Shown piece after piece: positions 21,872 to 32,817 of a stretch of DNA of 64,000 nt (its first letter is position 1; each line of letters opens with the position of its first letter). Source of the DNA: an uncultured Planctomycetaceae bacterium (lineage in GTDB: Bacteria > Planctomycetota > Planctomycetia > Pirellulales > PALSA-1355). The notes below the pieces were generated by a model that was given only the letters and a program-made list of their open reading frames with translations, was not told the DNA's origin and made no database searches. The DNA lies in the NCBI GenBank assembly GCA_963785305.1, contig CAWAUV010000004.1, positions 160,001 through 224,000 on the forward strand, written 5' to 3'. Both the position numbers and the translations under genes were made by a program.

Positions 21872-23611
21872 GTGAAGAATTCCCTGTACCGAATTGCATT
21901 GGCCGCGAGTCTGCTCGCGCCGGTGATTGCGGCGATGTTTGCCCCCGCCGCAGCCCTTGCTCGCGATCCGCAACCGGCTCCCGCAGCGGCTGCCCCGGCC
22001 ACTGACGGCGGATGGCAGCAGGTGGCCATGCTCGCGATCGAGCCTTACGACCATTTGCTCAAAGATGTAAACGCCGTGGGCGAATTGATCGAAAACCCAG
22101 GCATTACGGCCGCCAACATCGAAGGCATGATTAATTTCTTCACTCAAGGCCGGGGCATGAAGGGCCTCGACACGACCCGGCCCTGGGGTGTCGTGGCGCT
22201 GACCGACGGCGCGCAATTCCGTTCGATCGGCTTTCTTCCGGTGGTGAGCCTCAATCAATTGCTCACCTCGTTGGGCCCAATCGCGGGCGAATCGCAGCCG
22301 GGCGCCGATGGCGTGATCGAGCTCAAGCGGCCGGATCGCTCGCTCTTCCTAAAGGAATCGGGCGGCTGGGCCTTTATCGCCAGCGCCGCCGAAGAGCTCG
22401 ATCCTCTGCCGGCCGACCCGGGCATCGTGGCCGGTCCGCTCACCAAGTCGTACGACGTGGCGCTGCATGTGCAAGTGAAGAATATCCCGGCGATGTTTCG
22501 CGAGATCGCGGTGGTGTATCTCACGCAGGCCTTCCAAGAAGGCATGAAGCAGCAGCCCGGCGACGATGAAGCGATCAAGGACCGCAAGAAGCTTGTCGAC
22601 GCCCGATTCAAGTCGATCACCGACGCGATCGACGGCGCGGACCGTTTCACGCTCGGCTGGCTGCTCGATGAAAAGACCTCGGGCTCGTCGCTTGAAATCA
22701 AGGTCGACGCCCTGCCCGAGTCGTCGCTGGCGCGTTCTTTCGAGCTCAACAACGGCGTCGCGAGCTCGTTGGGCGGCCTGATGCTGCCGAGCGGCGCCAT
22801 CAACGTGATGTTGGCCAGCAAGCTTTCCGACGAGGAAAAGCCGGAGCGCAGCGCCGAGATCGATGTGCTTCGCGATATGGCGCTCGATAAGATCGACGAC
22901 TGGAACGAAGACAAGGCGTTTGCGAAAGCAACCGAGGATTTGGTCACGGAACTGGCCGACAGTCTGAAACAGACGATCGCCGCCGGCAAGCGCGATGTGG
23001 CGATCTCGGTGATTCCGCGCGATACGTTGTCGGCGATCGCCGGGGCGTTCGTGGCCGATCCCGCCGCGATCGAGAAGTCGTTCAAGAAATTTTCCGCGGC
23101 TGCGGCAAAGAGCTATCCCGGCGCTCCCAAGCCGAAGTTCGACGCCGATAAAGTGGGCGATGTGCGATTCCACACCGTGGCGCTGCCGGTCTACAAGGCC
23201 GACGGGGTGAAGCTGTTCGGCGAGCAACTCGATATCGCGCTCGGCATCGGCCCCCACCACGTGTATCTGGCGGTTGGAAAAGATGGACTGCCCTCGCTCA
23301 AGAAGGCGCTCGCCGCCTCGGGCTCCCAGGGCGAAAAGTCCTCGCCGGCTCAAGCCGTGGTCCAGGTCAAACCGCTCGTGAAGTTTATTTCGAGCAAGAT
23401 CAACGACGACGACCCTAACAAAGTCGGCTGGGATCGCGCCGCCGCCACGATCGAAAAGCTGGGCGACCAAGACCAAGTGCGGCTTGCGGCATCGACCCAA
23501 AAAGCGGAGCTCACCGTGCGGCTCGACGTGGGTCGCGATGTGATTCGGCTCGTGGGCACGATGGCCCAGCCGCCGAAGCCGGCGAAGCGTCCGCGGGCCA
23601 TTCGCAACTAG
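21872..23611 (+). CDS. Secreted hypothetical protein
   Basis: AAGGAG RBS, GTG start, signal peptide, long open frame with typical codon usage. Confidence 0.8.
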   Translation: MKNSLYRIALAASLLAPVIAAMFAPAAALARDPQPAPAAAAPATDGGWQQVAMLAIEPYDHLLKDVNAVGELIENPGITAANIEGMINFFTQGRGMKGLDTTRPWGVVALTDGAQFRSIGFLPVVSLNQLLTSLGPIAGESQPGADGVIELKRPDRSLFLKESGGWAFIASAAEELDPLPADPGIVAGPLTKSYDVALHVQVKNIPAMFREIAVVYLTQAFQEGMKQQPGDDEAIKDRKKLVDARFKSITDAIDGADRFTLGWLLDEKTSGSSLEIKVDALPESSLARSFELNNGVASSLGGLMLPSGAINVMLASKLSDEEKPERSAEIDVLRDMALDKIDDWNEDKAFAKATEDLVTELADSLKQTIAAGKRDVAISVIPRDTLSAIAGAFVADPAAIEKSFKKFSAAAAKSYPGAPKPKFDADKVGDVRFHTVALPVYKADGVKLFGEQLDIALGIGPHHVYLAVGKDGLPSLKKALAASGSQGEKSSPAQAVVQVKPLVKFISSKINDDDPNKVGWDRAAATIEKLGDQDQVRLAASTQKAELTVRLDVGRDVIRLVGTMAQPPKPAKRPRAIRN

Positions 23612-23764
23612 CAGCCCGTTGGAAAATGCCATCGTGGCATTTTCCAACCTCGCCAAGCGCCGAGCAAAGCTCGTCGCGGCTCGCAAAATAACGACTTAGG
23701 TCGTTATTTTGACACCGCATCCATGCGGCGGCGCAGCCTGTTGAATATTTCAACAGGCTGCTAG
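23608..23764. mobile_element. MITE-like non-autonomous element (157 bp), CTAG at both ends
   Basis: Imperfect terminal inverted repeats CTAGCAGCCCGTTGGAA / TTCAACAGGCTGCTAG; interior is a series of palindromes; no ORF. Confidence 0.7.
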
Positions 23765-23843
23765 GCGCCAATCCGCGAACTTCGTTGAGCACTCACACTC
23801 CCTCTCCCATACGGGGAGACGGGGGTGTTGTCGGATCGACTCT

Positions 23844-23889
23844 AAACAAGCGGCGGCGCTCGATTCGCTCGAGCCCGCCGCTTGTTTTT
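23844..23889. terminator. Bidirectional terminator-like hairpin
   Basis: AAACAAGCGGCGG-CGCTCGA...TCGAGC-CCGCCGCTTGTTTTT. Confidence 0.7.
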
Positions 23890-23979
23890 CGCGTTCAGAC
23901 TCCGCGGAAGCTCGGGGCGCCGCAATAGAACAATCACGAGGGGCAAGGTGCGTTTTCGTTGCTAAGCGGTGCGGTGTCT

Positions 23980-24009
23980 TTGACATTTTTGCCCCGAGCC
24001 TGTGATAAT
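23980..24009 (+). promoter_or_regulatory. Sigma70-type promoter of acpS
   Basis: TTGACA-N18-GATAAT with extended -10 TGn. Confidence 0.6.
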
Positions 24010-24098
24010 CACTCTTCGCGGCGGGTCGATTGACATGGGGATCGCCGGGCGAGGGAGACGCGTTGTTCGTGGGTTTCGAGATGGGGAATCGTGGCGAG

Positions 24099-24509
24099 AT
24101 GTCTGAGATATTTGGAGTGGGCGTCGATATCGTCGAGTGTTTGCGGATCGCGCGGATGATCGAGCACCATGGTGAGGCTTTCTTGAATCGGGTCTACACC
24201 GACCACGAGATCGAATATTGCCGCAGCCGCAAAATGGCCACGCAGCATTTCGCCGGTCGCTGGGTCGCCAAGGAGGCAATCGTAAAAGCGCTGGGCTCGG
24301 GCCTACGCTATGGAATGCGGTGGCGCGATATCGAGGTCCACGGCGACCCCCAAGGCAAGCCGGTCGTGGGCATGCGCGGCGCTGCCCGCGATCATGTCGA
24401 AAAACTGGGCATCTCGCAGGTGCTGGTCAGCATTTCCCACTGCCGCACCCACGCCACGGCCTATGCCATGGCGCTCGCCCGGGAAGGTCGCCTGCCCGCC
24501 GACGCCTGA
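24099..24509 (+). CDS. acpS: Holo-[acyl-carrier-protein] synthase
   Basis: GVGVDIVECLRI, FAGRWVAKEAIVKALGSG, VSISHCRTHATA. Confidence 0.95.
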   Translation: MSEIFGVGVDIVECLRIARMIEHHGEAFLNRVYTDHEIEYCRSRKMATQHFAGRWVAKEAIVKALGSGLRYGMRWRDIEVHGDPQGKPVVGMRGAARDHVEKLGISQVLVSISHCRTHATAYAMALAREGRLPADA

Positions 24510-24596
24510 CGCCGCTTCGCCCGAAGATTGGAAAAACGACTCGCGACGTTCGATTTTATTACTCGCACACACCCCGGCGACTTGGGAGTATTCGGC

Positions 24597-25896
24597 ATGT
24601 TGTTTCATCGCTCGATGTTGCTTTCCGCGGCGATCCTCTGTATCGGCTCGCTCGCCCTGGCCGATGATTGGCCGCAGTGGCGAGGTCCGGAGCGCGACGG
24701 CGTGTGGCGCGAGACCGGCGTCGTCGCCAAGTTCGCCGGGCCCGAGCTCAAGCTCCTCTGGCAAGCGCCGGTGGGCAGCGGTTATAGCGGGCCGACGGTC
24801 GCCCATGGACGCGTCTATGTCACCGATCGGATCGTCGATCCCTCGCAGCAGGAACGGGTTCACTGTTTCGACGCCAAAACCGGCGCCTCCGATTTGGAAG
24901 CATGAGTACGAATGCGCCTACGATATCGGCTATTCGGCTGGCCCGCGGGCCGCGGTGACGATCGACGACGGCCGCGCATATTCCCTGGGAGCGATGGGTA
25001 ACTTTTTCTGCTTCGACGCCGCCACCGGCAAAATTCTTTGGCAGCATGCGCTCGGGCCTGAATACAAAGTGCGAATGCCGATTTGGGGTCTCGCCTCGGC
25101 GCCGCTGGTCGAGGGCGACTTGGTGGTGGTGCAGGCCGGCGGCGAAGGGGCTTGCCTCGTGGCGTTCGACAAGAAAACCGGCGCCGAGCGCTGGCGAGCG
25201 CTCGACGATCGGGCCTCGTATTCCGCTCCGATCATGATCGAGCAAGCCGGCAAGCGAGTGCTGGTCTGCTGGACCGGCGACAACGTCGTGGGGCTTGACC
25301 CCCTCTCGGGCGAAGTCTACTGGAAGCATCCCTTCGTGCCGACGCGCATGGTGATCAATATCGGCACCCCGGCCATCAGCGGCGATCGGCTGTTCGTCAG
25401 TTCGTTTTACGACGGCTCGCTGATGTTGCGACTGGGCCACGACAAGCTCGCCGTGAGCGAAGTCTGGCGCAAGCTCGGCCCCGACGAGCAGCACACGCGC
25501 AGCCTACATGCCATGATCGGCACCCCTTGGATCTTGGGCGACTATGTCTATGGAGTCGATAGCTACGGCGAGCTGCGGTGTCTCGACGCCGAGACCGGCG
25601 ACCGTGTGTGGGAAAGCCTCGAAGCCACGCCCAAGGCTCGCTGGTCGACGATCCACATGGTGCGCAACGGCGACCGGATGTGGCTCTTCAACGAGCGTGG
25701 CGTGCTGATCATCGCCCAACTCTTGCCCGATGGTTACCACGAGATCAGCCGCGCGAAACTGATCGAGCCGACACGAGTGCAGTTGCCGCAGCGCGGCGGC
25801 GTGGTGTGGACGCATCCGGCGTTCGCCGACCGGCACATTTTCGTGCGCAACGATGACCGGCTTGTGGCCGCGAGCTTGGCCGAAGGCGAGAATTGA
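24597..25896 (+). CDS. PQQ-like beta-propeller repeat protein (BamB-like), frameshift near 24888
   Basis: Signal peptide then DDWPQWRGPERDG, GYSGPTVA, repeated FDAxTGxxxW units, WTHPAFA. Confidence 0.88.
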
Positions 25897-25929
25897 AGGC
25901 CGAGGGGCCTCCGTTTGCAGCTTCCCGCG

Positions 25930-27747
25930 TTAGCCTCCTTGCCACCAGAGCTTTCGAAAGACCGGCCGCGGGCCGGCCCACTGCTTGCCGCCGATCAGCC
26001 GCTCGCCCTTTTCGTAATATGCCCTGAGCGAGAGCAGGTCGATGTCCTGCCACGACGATAATTCCTCGCCGTCGTCCGTCTTGAAGTTCTTTGGCTCAAG
26101 CGAAACGGTTTGCCAATCCTTGCCACCGTCAAGCTTCACGACCGCCACGAATTCCCGTTGCATGCCCCGATACGAACGGAAGAAGTTCTCAGTCAGCACG
26201 ATCACAAGGTCATTCGGTTTTTCGGACTGGACTTCCAACGCCAAAAGTTGTCCGGCCCGTCCACGCCATTTCGGATCGGTCAGCTTTCGAGTCGAGAACT
26301 CCCAATGATGCGGGTTGTCGGCCGACAACGTGTACCAATCCCGCCAACCGCCGGCAAAATCATCGATCACGGGTTCCAACGCGTCGGTTGCCTTGACTTC
26401 GGCTTTGATCAGGTCCCCGGGCGCGGCCGCCTGAAGCATGGAGCTGATCGCGAACGTGTCGGTCGGCGCGGCATGAGGTTCCGATGCGCATTGGGGCATG
26501 TGATAGGAAACATTCGCGAAGGCGAACAGGGGCAGATCGACACTTAGAATCGGCAGCTTTGCCGCCCAAGTATCGCCCGACTTCGTGGCCTCGACGGATC
26601 GCCAGAATCGTGCTCTTGGATCGGGATCGACCGAGTAATAGAGGTGGACTTCAGCCACGGCCCGCGACGTGTCGGGCGCCACTTGAAACTCGGGAACATG
26701 GTCGTCGGTCGCCAGCGCGAGCTTCGAATCCGGCGTCTTCGGAAATGTAAAGCTGCCCTTGAGAAACTCGTCGAACCAGAGCGATCGCGTCACGGCGAAC
26801 TCCGGAGTGAATCGATGATTCATGTGGGGCGTGAAGGAATACCGCACATTCTGGTGCGGAATCAAGACCCCGGTGCGGTAGGTGTCGTCCATCAGCCCGT
26901 GGAAATCATTGGTCGTGCCGAGCCACAGCAGAGGCGCGGTGATGTGGGGCGCATAGGACTCGAAACCGAGCGTCGCATCGAATAGCTTCACGTCGCCGTT
27001 GGGCAATTGCGGCTTGTAGCGGGGCAGGAGCGGCCAAGACTCGTCGCGAAATCCCGATCCGCCGACGGACGGCGCGGCGACTTTGAGCCGGTTATCGCTG
27101 CCCGCGACGTAAACGGTCAGATTGCCACCCATCGAGTGCCCATAGACGCCGAGCTTGTCGGGATCGACCTCGGGCTGCTGTTCCAAGAAGGTCAGACCGC
27201 GCCGGGCGCCGAGCGTGAGCAAATACCAATTGTTGTTCCGCGGCGACTCGAACGGATCGAGGTATTTGTCGCCGGGCTGAAGGTTCGCGTAGCCCGGGAC
27301 ATTGTTTTGCGTTGGATCGACGGCGCCCCAGTCGGTGTTGGGATCGCCTTCGTGGGCTTCTTCCATCGGGCGACCGCCCCAATTGATCGAGAGACACACA
27401 TAGCCTCGCCGAGCATGGAACTCGACCTCGTTCAAGAACGCCCGTTGACCGCCGCCGTGAATGTGGAGCAGAGCGGGCGCCTTCACCGCGCCTCGCGGAA
27501 CGGCATGGAAGGCCGCCATGCGAGCCGGCTTGCCCTTGAATGTGCCGATGTGGAATGTCACATAGCGAAAAACGATGCCGTCCTTCTCCCACTGCCGCAC
27601 CAAGTGGGCGTCGAGCGGTTCTTTTCGGGGATCGAAGTCGGCGAAGAGCACCTTGACCGTGGTGGGGGCCTTTGGTGCTTTGGCGCGAACGACGCTCGGC
27701 AGGAGAAAAGTCATGCCGATCGCGATATTCCAGGCGCTGAGCTTCAT
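25930..27747 (-). CDS. Secreted alpha/beta hydrolase (dienelactone hydrolase/acetylxylan esterase-like)
   Basis: LHIHGGGQ, GVYGHSMGG nucleophile elbow, NDFH, PHMNH. Confidence 0.85.
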   Translation of the reverse strand: MKLSAWNIAIGMTFLLPSVVRAKAPKAPTTVKVLFADFDPRKEPLDAHLVRQWEKDGIVFRYVTFHIGTFKGKPARMAAFHAVPRGAVKAPALLHIHGGGQRAFLNEVEFHARRGYVCLSINWGGRPMEEAHEGDPNTDWGAVDPTQNNVPGYANLQPGDKYLDPFESPRNNNWYLLTLGARRGLTFLEQQPEVDPDKLGVYGHSMGGNLTVYVAGSDNRLKVAAPSVGGSGFRDESWPLLPRYKPQLPNGDVKLFDATLGFESYAPHITAPLLWLGTTNDFHGLMDDTYRTGVLIPHQNVRYSFTPHMNHRFTPEFAVTRSLWFDEFLKGSFTFPKTPDSKLALATDDHVPEFQVAPDTSRAVAEVHLYYSVDPDPRARFWRSVEATKSGDTWAAKLPILSVDLPLFAFANVSYHMPQCASEPHAAPTDTFAISSMLQAAAPGDLIKAEVKATDALEPVIDDFAGGWRDWYTLSADNPHHWEFSTRKLTDPKWRGRAGQLLALEVQSEKPNDLVIVLTENFFRSYRGMQREFVAVVKLDGGKDWQTVSLEPKNFKTDDGEELSSWQDIDLLSLRAYYEKGERLIGGKQWAGPRPVFRKLWWQGG

Positions 27748-27862
27748 CGTGACTCCCTGGGTCAAATAAAGGTCGATTCCGACCGGGCCTGAACCGCATT
27801 GATAGTTGGGACGACGAGCCGGACAGCGCGCTGATCCGGACAGGCACGCCGAGCCGGACAGC

Positions 27863-28837
27863 CTAATAATTCGGCGTCGGCGGGCGGTAGTTCTCGACGT
27901 CGATCGTGCGAAACCAGTCGATCGTCTTGAGCAGTCCGTCGCGCAGCCGCACGGTTGGCCGCCAGCCGAGCCGTGCCTCAGCCAGTCGGCAATCGGGCCG
28001 ACGGCGTGTCGGATCGTCGGCCGGCAGCGGTAGGAAGGTGATTTCCGCGCGCGAGCCGGTCAGTTCTCGCACCAGCGTGGCGAGCTCGAGGATCGTGAAT
28101 TCGTCGGCGTTGCCCAGATTGATCGGGCCGGTGCAATCGTCGGGAGCGTTCATCAAGCGAATGAGCCCCTCGACCAGATCGTTGCGATAGCAAAACGAGC
28201 GAGTTTGGCTGCCGTCGCCATGGAGCGTGAGCGGCTCGCCGGCCAGCGCTTGACGAATTAGGTTCGACACCACGCGACCGTCGAACGGATGCATCCGCGG
28301 GCCATAGGTATTGAAAATCCGCGCGATTCGGATATTCACGCGGTTCATGCGGTGGTAGTCCATGAACAGCGTTTCGGCCACGCGCTTGCCTTCGTCGTAG
28401 CAAGCCCGCGGACCGATCGGGTTCACGCAGCCCCGATACGACTCGGGCTGCGGATGCACTTCGGGATCGCCATAGACTTCGCTGGTCGAGGCTTGCAGCA
28501 CCTTGGCCCGGCAACGTTTGGCCATGCCCAGCACATGCATCGCGCCGAGCACCGAGGTCTTGGTGGTTTTGATCGGGTTGAATTGATAGTGGCCGGGCGC
28601 GGCGGGGCAGGCGAGGTTGTAGATTTCGTCGACTTCGAGACGAATCGGCTCGGTCACGTCGTGGCGAACGAACTCGAAATTGGGCTGGTCGAGCAGGTGA
28701 ACGATGTTGCTCTTCTGGCTCGTGAAGAAATTGTCGAGGCAGATCACGTCGCATCCCTCTTCGAGCAATCGCTCGCAAAGGCGCGAACCCAAGAATCCGG
28801 CGCCTCCGGTCACCAGCACACGGCGTTGTCCAGGCAC
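27863..28837 (-). CDS. uxs: UDP-glucuronate decarboxylase (UDP-xylose synthase)
   Basis: [56 protein letters not shown]. Confidence 0.92.
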   Translation of the reverse strand: MPGQRRVLVTGGAGFLGSRLCERLLEEGCDVICLDNFFTSQKSNIVHLLDQPNFEFVRHDVTEPIRLEVDEIYNLACPAAPGHYQFNPIKTTKTSVLGAMHVLGMAKRCRAKVLQASTSEVYGDPEVHPQPESYRGCVNPIGPRACYDEGKRVAETLFMDYHRMNRVNIRIARIFNTYGPRMHPFDGRVVSNLIRQALAGEPLTLHGDGSQTRSFCYRNDLVEGLIRLMNAPDDCTGPINLGNADEFTILELATLVRELTGSRAEITFLPLPADDPTRRRPDCRLAEARLGWRPTVRLRDGLLKTIDWFRTIDVENYRPPTPNY

Positions 28838-28914
28838 GATGGATTGATTCCCTTGGAATGAAGTTCTCGGCGCCCCGCGAGCGTTGCGCGGCATTCGTGG
28901 CTGCCCGGATTACG

Positions 28915-30224
28915 TTAAACGACGCTCGGCCGGCCGATCGAATGATACACGAAGCCGGCTTTTTTCATTTGCGAGGGGCTATAGATATTGCGGCCGTCGA
29001 AGATCACGCTGTCGCGCATCAGCTTCCGCATTTCGTTGAAGTCGGGATGCAGAAACTGTTTCCATTCGGTCATGATGACCAGCGCGTCGGCGCCGGCCAG
29101 GGCCATGTTGGGCAGCGTGGCATAGGCGAGCCGGTCGCCATAGAGCGCTTGCACATGCCGCGTTGCTTCCGGATCGTGGACCTGAAGGCTCGCGCCCTGC
29201 TCGAGCAAGCGATCAATCAACGCCAAGGCCGGGGCCTCGCGGATATCGTCGGTGCGCGGTTTGAACGAAAGTCCCCAAATCGCGATCGTGCATCCCTGGA
29301 GCCGGCCGCCGAAGTGTTTTTCGATCTTGGGCAGCAAAGTCAACTTTTGCTTGGCGTTCACGGCGTCGACCGCTTCCAAGATGCGCGGCTCCATGCCGCA
29401 GTCGGCGCCATCGAGGCCAAGGCCCGCACGTCTTTCGGAAAGCAACTGCCGCCGTAGCCCACGCCGGGAAAGAGAAACGCGAAGCCCAATCGGCTATCGT
29501 GGCCGATGCCGCGTCGCACATCGTTGATGTCGGCGTCCATGCGCTCGCAGAGATTGGCCATTTCGTTGATGAAGCTGATTTTGGTCGAAAGCAGCGCGTT
29601 GGCGACGTATTTCGTCATCTCGGCGCTCTCGGGCGACATGACCAGAAACGGCTTCTCGGTTCGCAGAAAAGGAGCATACAGCTCGCGCAGCGTCTCGGCG
29701 ACTTCGTTCGATCGCACACCCACCACCACGCGATCGGGCTTATTGAAATCCTCGATCGCGGCGCCTTCCTTCAAGAACTCGGGATTGCTGGCCACCTGGC
29801 ACTCGCGCCCGGTGAGCTGCTTGAGTCGATCGTGAATCTTGCGGTTCGTGCCCACCGGCACGGTGCTCTTGGTGACGACAATCGTCTCGGGCGTCAAGTG
29901 CGGCGCGACCGCTTCCACGACCGACCACAGCGCCGAAAGATCGGCCGAGCCGGTGTCGGAGCTAGGCGTGCCCACGGCGAGAAACACGAAGGCTGCTCGG
30001 TGGGTGGCGGCGGCCAAGTCGGTGCTGAAATTCAATCGTCCGGCGGCGGCGTTGTGGGCGACCATTTCGGCGAGGCCCGGTTCATAGATCGGAATGCGGC
30101 CCTTTTCGAGCGCGGCGACTTTTCGCGCGTCGATATCGACACACGTCACCTCATTGCCGCTTTCGGCGAAGCATGTTCCCGTGACGAGCCCGACGTACCC
30201 CGCGCCCACGACCGCGATTTTCAT
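28915..30224 (-). CDS. ugd: UDP-glucose 6-dehydrogenase (frameshift near 29405)
   Basis: [55 protein letters not shown]. Confidence 0.93.
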
Positions 30225-30453
30225 AAACCAAAACCCATGCCGGACAAACATGCGACTCGGGCAGCGCCGACCGCGCCTCGAGCGTGCCTCTTTTCGTTGA
30301 ACAAGCATTTAATTATGCTCGGCCACCCGAGTCCCGGCAACGGTGGGGAATTCCCCGCGCGCTCGGCGGCGCATTTTCGCGTCGACGCATGGCGATTTCG
30401 AGAAGATCGTGGCGGGGAAAGTCCGCGCTTCCGTGGATAGACACGTCTGGGAT

Positions 30454-30498
30454 TATGTGTTTTTTGTGTTTCTAGGGTTTTTAGGGCTTTTAGGGTTT
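30454..30498. repeat. Degenerate 9-bp tandem repeat x5 at the sialidase stop codon
   Basis: TATGTGTTT TTTGTGTTT CTAGGGTTT TTAGGGCTT TTAGGGTTT. Confidence 0.75.
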
Positions 30499-31662
30499 CG
30501 GCCGAAATTTTCCAAAGCGGATATTTGTCCGGTGGCGGTCCTTCGTGCCACTGTCCCACACGGCGCGGTAATCGCCGGGCGACACTTCGATAAGCGTCGG
30601 ATACGAATTATGCGCGCCCGAATCGTAAAAAGTCTTTTCTTCGCCCCATGCGCCGCCAGCCGGGGCGAGCTTGTATCGCAAGGCCATGCGGCTCCAGGCG
30701 GGCCCATCGTTGTAGACATAAATATGCTCGCCGCCCGAAGAGCAACCGTAGAAGCACTTGGACACGCTGTTCCATAGTTCGGGCTCGGGCTTGGCCATGC
30801 TCCAGGTGCGGCCGCCGTCGCGGCTGGTGCTCGAATAGGCCCGGGGTGGGTCGAGCGATTGGCCCGATTTGTCGAAAGTCGCCGTGCGCATCATGATCTT
30901 GAGCTCGCCCGGCGCGGCGCCCTCGGCGATATTGCCTTCATGGGGAAACACATTTTCGGGCCGCGGCACGACACCGGCCAAGCGCCATTCGAGCAGGCTG
31001 GTGCTGGTGAGCACGAACTGTTCGCGCGTGCCCATCGGATTGTTGCTGCGCGAGTTGATGTGCGCCGGCAGCAGATAATGTGTTTTGCCATCTTTCTCAT
31101 AGGCTTGAATTCCGGCCACCACGATCAGCGGGCCGGTGTAGTGCATCGCCATTTCGACGGGGGTCCAGCTTAGGCCGCCATCGGCGCTGTAGGCGGCGGC
31201 CAAGTGAGCGTCTTCGCTGTTCGGCGCGTTCATCGGGCAGCGCTGGCAAAAGCACCACAGCACATCTTGCCCCGGCGGTTTGAAAAGAATCGAGTTGTTG
31301 TAGGAAAACTGAATCGAGCCCTGCCAGTGGTCGTGGTCGAACACCACGACCGGATAGCCCCAGGTGTCGCCATCGTTGGTCGACACGCTCGCGTAAATAT
31401 CGCCCATGTCGGTCTTGCCCGGCAGGCCGGCGCCATAGGACACGACCAAATGCCTCGGCTTCCACTGGGCGATGTAGGGCTCCCATACCAAATTGGCGCC
31501 GGCGTGGTCTTCCATCCGCCGCACGACGCGCACATCGGCCACATCGCCCGAATAGGCTGGGTCGCGCTGCTCGGCGGCGCGGCACGCTTCAACGAGCCCG
31601 GAAGACGGAGCGAAGGACACGATTGCCACGAGGGCGAGAACGACGCTGACGCTACGATTCAT
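30490..31662 (-). CDS. Exo-alpha-sialidase / BNR-repeat protein
   Basis: Signal peptide; Asp-boxes STNDGDTW, SADGGLSW, SRDGGRTW; NSYPTLIE. Confidence 0.85.
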   Translation of the reverse strand: MNRSVSVVLALVAIVSFAPSSGLVEACRAAEQRDPAYSGDVADVRVVRRMEDHAGANLVWEPYIAQWKPRHLVVSYGAGLPGKTDMGDIYASVSTNDGDTWGYPVVVFDHDHWQGSIQFSYNNSILFKPPGQDVLWCFCQRCPMNAPNSEDAHLAAAYSADGGLSWTPVEMAMHYTGPLIVVAGIQAYEKDGKTHYLLPAHINSRSNNPMGTREQFVLTSTSLLEWRLAGVVPRPENVFPHEGNIAEGAAPGELKIMMRTATFDKSGQSLDPPRAYSSTSRDGGRTWSMAKPEPELWNSVSKCFYGCSSGGEHIYVYNDGPAWSRMALRYKLAPAGGAWGEEKTFYDSGAHNSYPTLIEVSPGDYRAVWDSGTKDRHRTNIRFGKFRPKP

Positions 31663-32008
31663 GGGGAGTGCTCCACGCGTTGTGCAAAGTAAGCGATTCA
31701 GGGAAAACCGAATTGCGAGTCTTGATCTCCGCCGCATTGTGTTCTGAATTGGACTGTCTTCTGAATGGGATTGTTCGGAGGCGACGAGCAATTCGCCGGC
31801 GGGAGAAATCGCGAAAGATCGCCCCATGCGGTACACTACGAACGATCTCCGGCGCCCCCGTTTTGTATACCACCGGCAGCCGCGGAGCACGAGAATCTCG
31901 CGCGGTTCCCCCAACAAAATCCGCGGCGACCCATACCTCGAACTCAAACCGCCCGTCGGGCGACCGATTCCCAGCGTATTCGTTTCACTGAATAGGAGCC
32001 AACGTTCC

Positions 32009-32770
32009 ATGCAACCCGACTCCCCGCCGCTCAGCCACGAAGAACTTTTGCAACTCAAGCGCTGGAACACCCCCACGATCTACAACGGCTGGGAGCAATT
32101 CACGCGACACGACGTGGGCACGCACGGCTTCAATATCGAGGAGACCCGCGACTACATGCCGCACATGGGCTCGATGGTCGGTTATGCGGTGACGGTCGTC
32201 TTCGAGCCGAGCAATCCCGCCCACCGCAAGGCCAACCCCAAGGCATGGAGCGACTATCGCCGCTATGTCGCGTCGGTTCCCGGTCCGAAGATCGTGGTGG
32301 TGCAAGACCTCGACAAGCCGCGCGTGTTCGGCGCTTTTTGGGGCGAGGTGAACTCGAACATCCATCGCGCGCTCGGCTGCGTCGGCACGATCGTCGACGG
32401 CGCCATTCGCGATATCGACGAAATGAACAACGCCGGATTCAAGGCGCTCGCCCGCCGCGCCTGCGTCGGACACGGCTATTCGACACCCATTCGCTGGAAC
32501 TGCGAGGTCGATGTGTTCGGAACGCGGGTCGAGCCTGGACAGTTGATCCATGCCGACAAGCACGGCTTCATGGTGATCCCGCGCGGCGATGAACCTCGCT
32601 TGCTCGAGGCGGCGCGATTCATGGACAACAACGAATGCCAAACCGTGATCGCCGCGGCCCGCTCGGCCTCGGGCAAGACCTCCGAGGAGATACTCGAGCG
32701 GATCAATGCCGCCGGCGTCAAGTTCAGAGCCAACTCGCTCGAAAAGTTCGGTCGCCGCGGCGAGTGGTAA
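32009..32770 (+). CDS. RraA family protein (HMG aldolase-like)
   Basis: AGGAG RBS; VGYAVT, AFWGEVNS, IVDGAIRDIDE, PGQLIHADKHG. Confidence 0.88.
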   Translation: MQPDSPPLSHEELLQLKRWNTPTIYNGWEQFTRHDVGTHGFNIEETRDYMPHMGSMVGYAVTVVFEPSNPAHRKANPKAWSDYRRYVASVPGPKIVVVQDLDKPRVFGAFWGEVNSNIHRALGCVGTIVDGAIRDIDEMNNAGFKALARRACVGHGYSTPIRWNCEVDVFGTRVEPGQLIHADKHGFMVIPRGDEPRLLEAARFMDNNECQTVIAAARSASGKTSEEILERINAAGVKFRANSLEKFGRRGEW

Positions 32771-32817
32771 TCGTGTCTTTTTTGCAACGATCAACCAAGA
32801 ACACGTGAGACTCCCTC

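Noticed and set aside
30472..30498. Telomere-like TTTAGGG repeats suggesting eukaryotic DNA
   Set aside because: The period is 9 bp, not 7, and the tract derives from the gene's own last codons.
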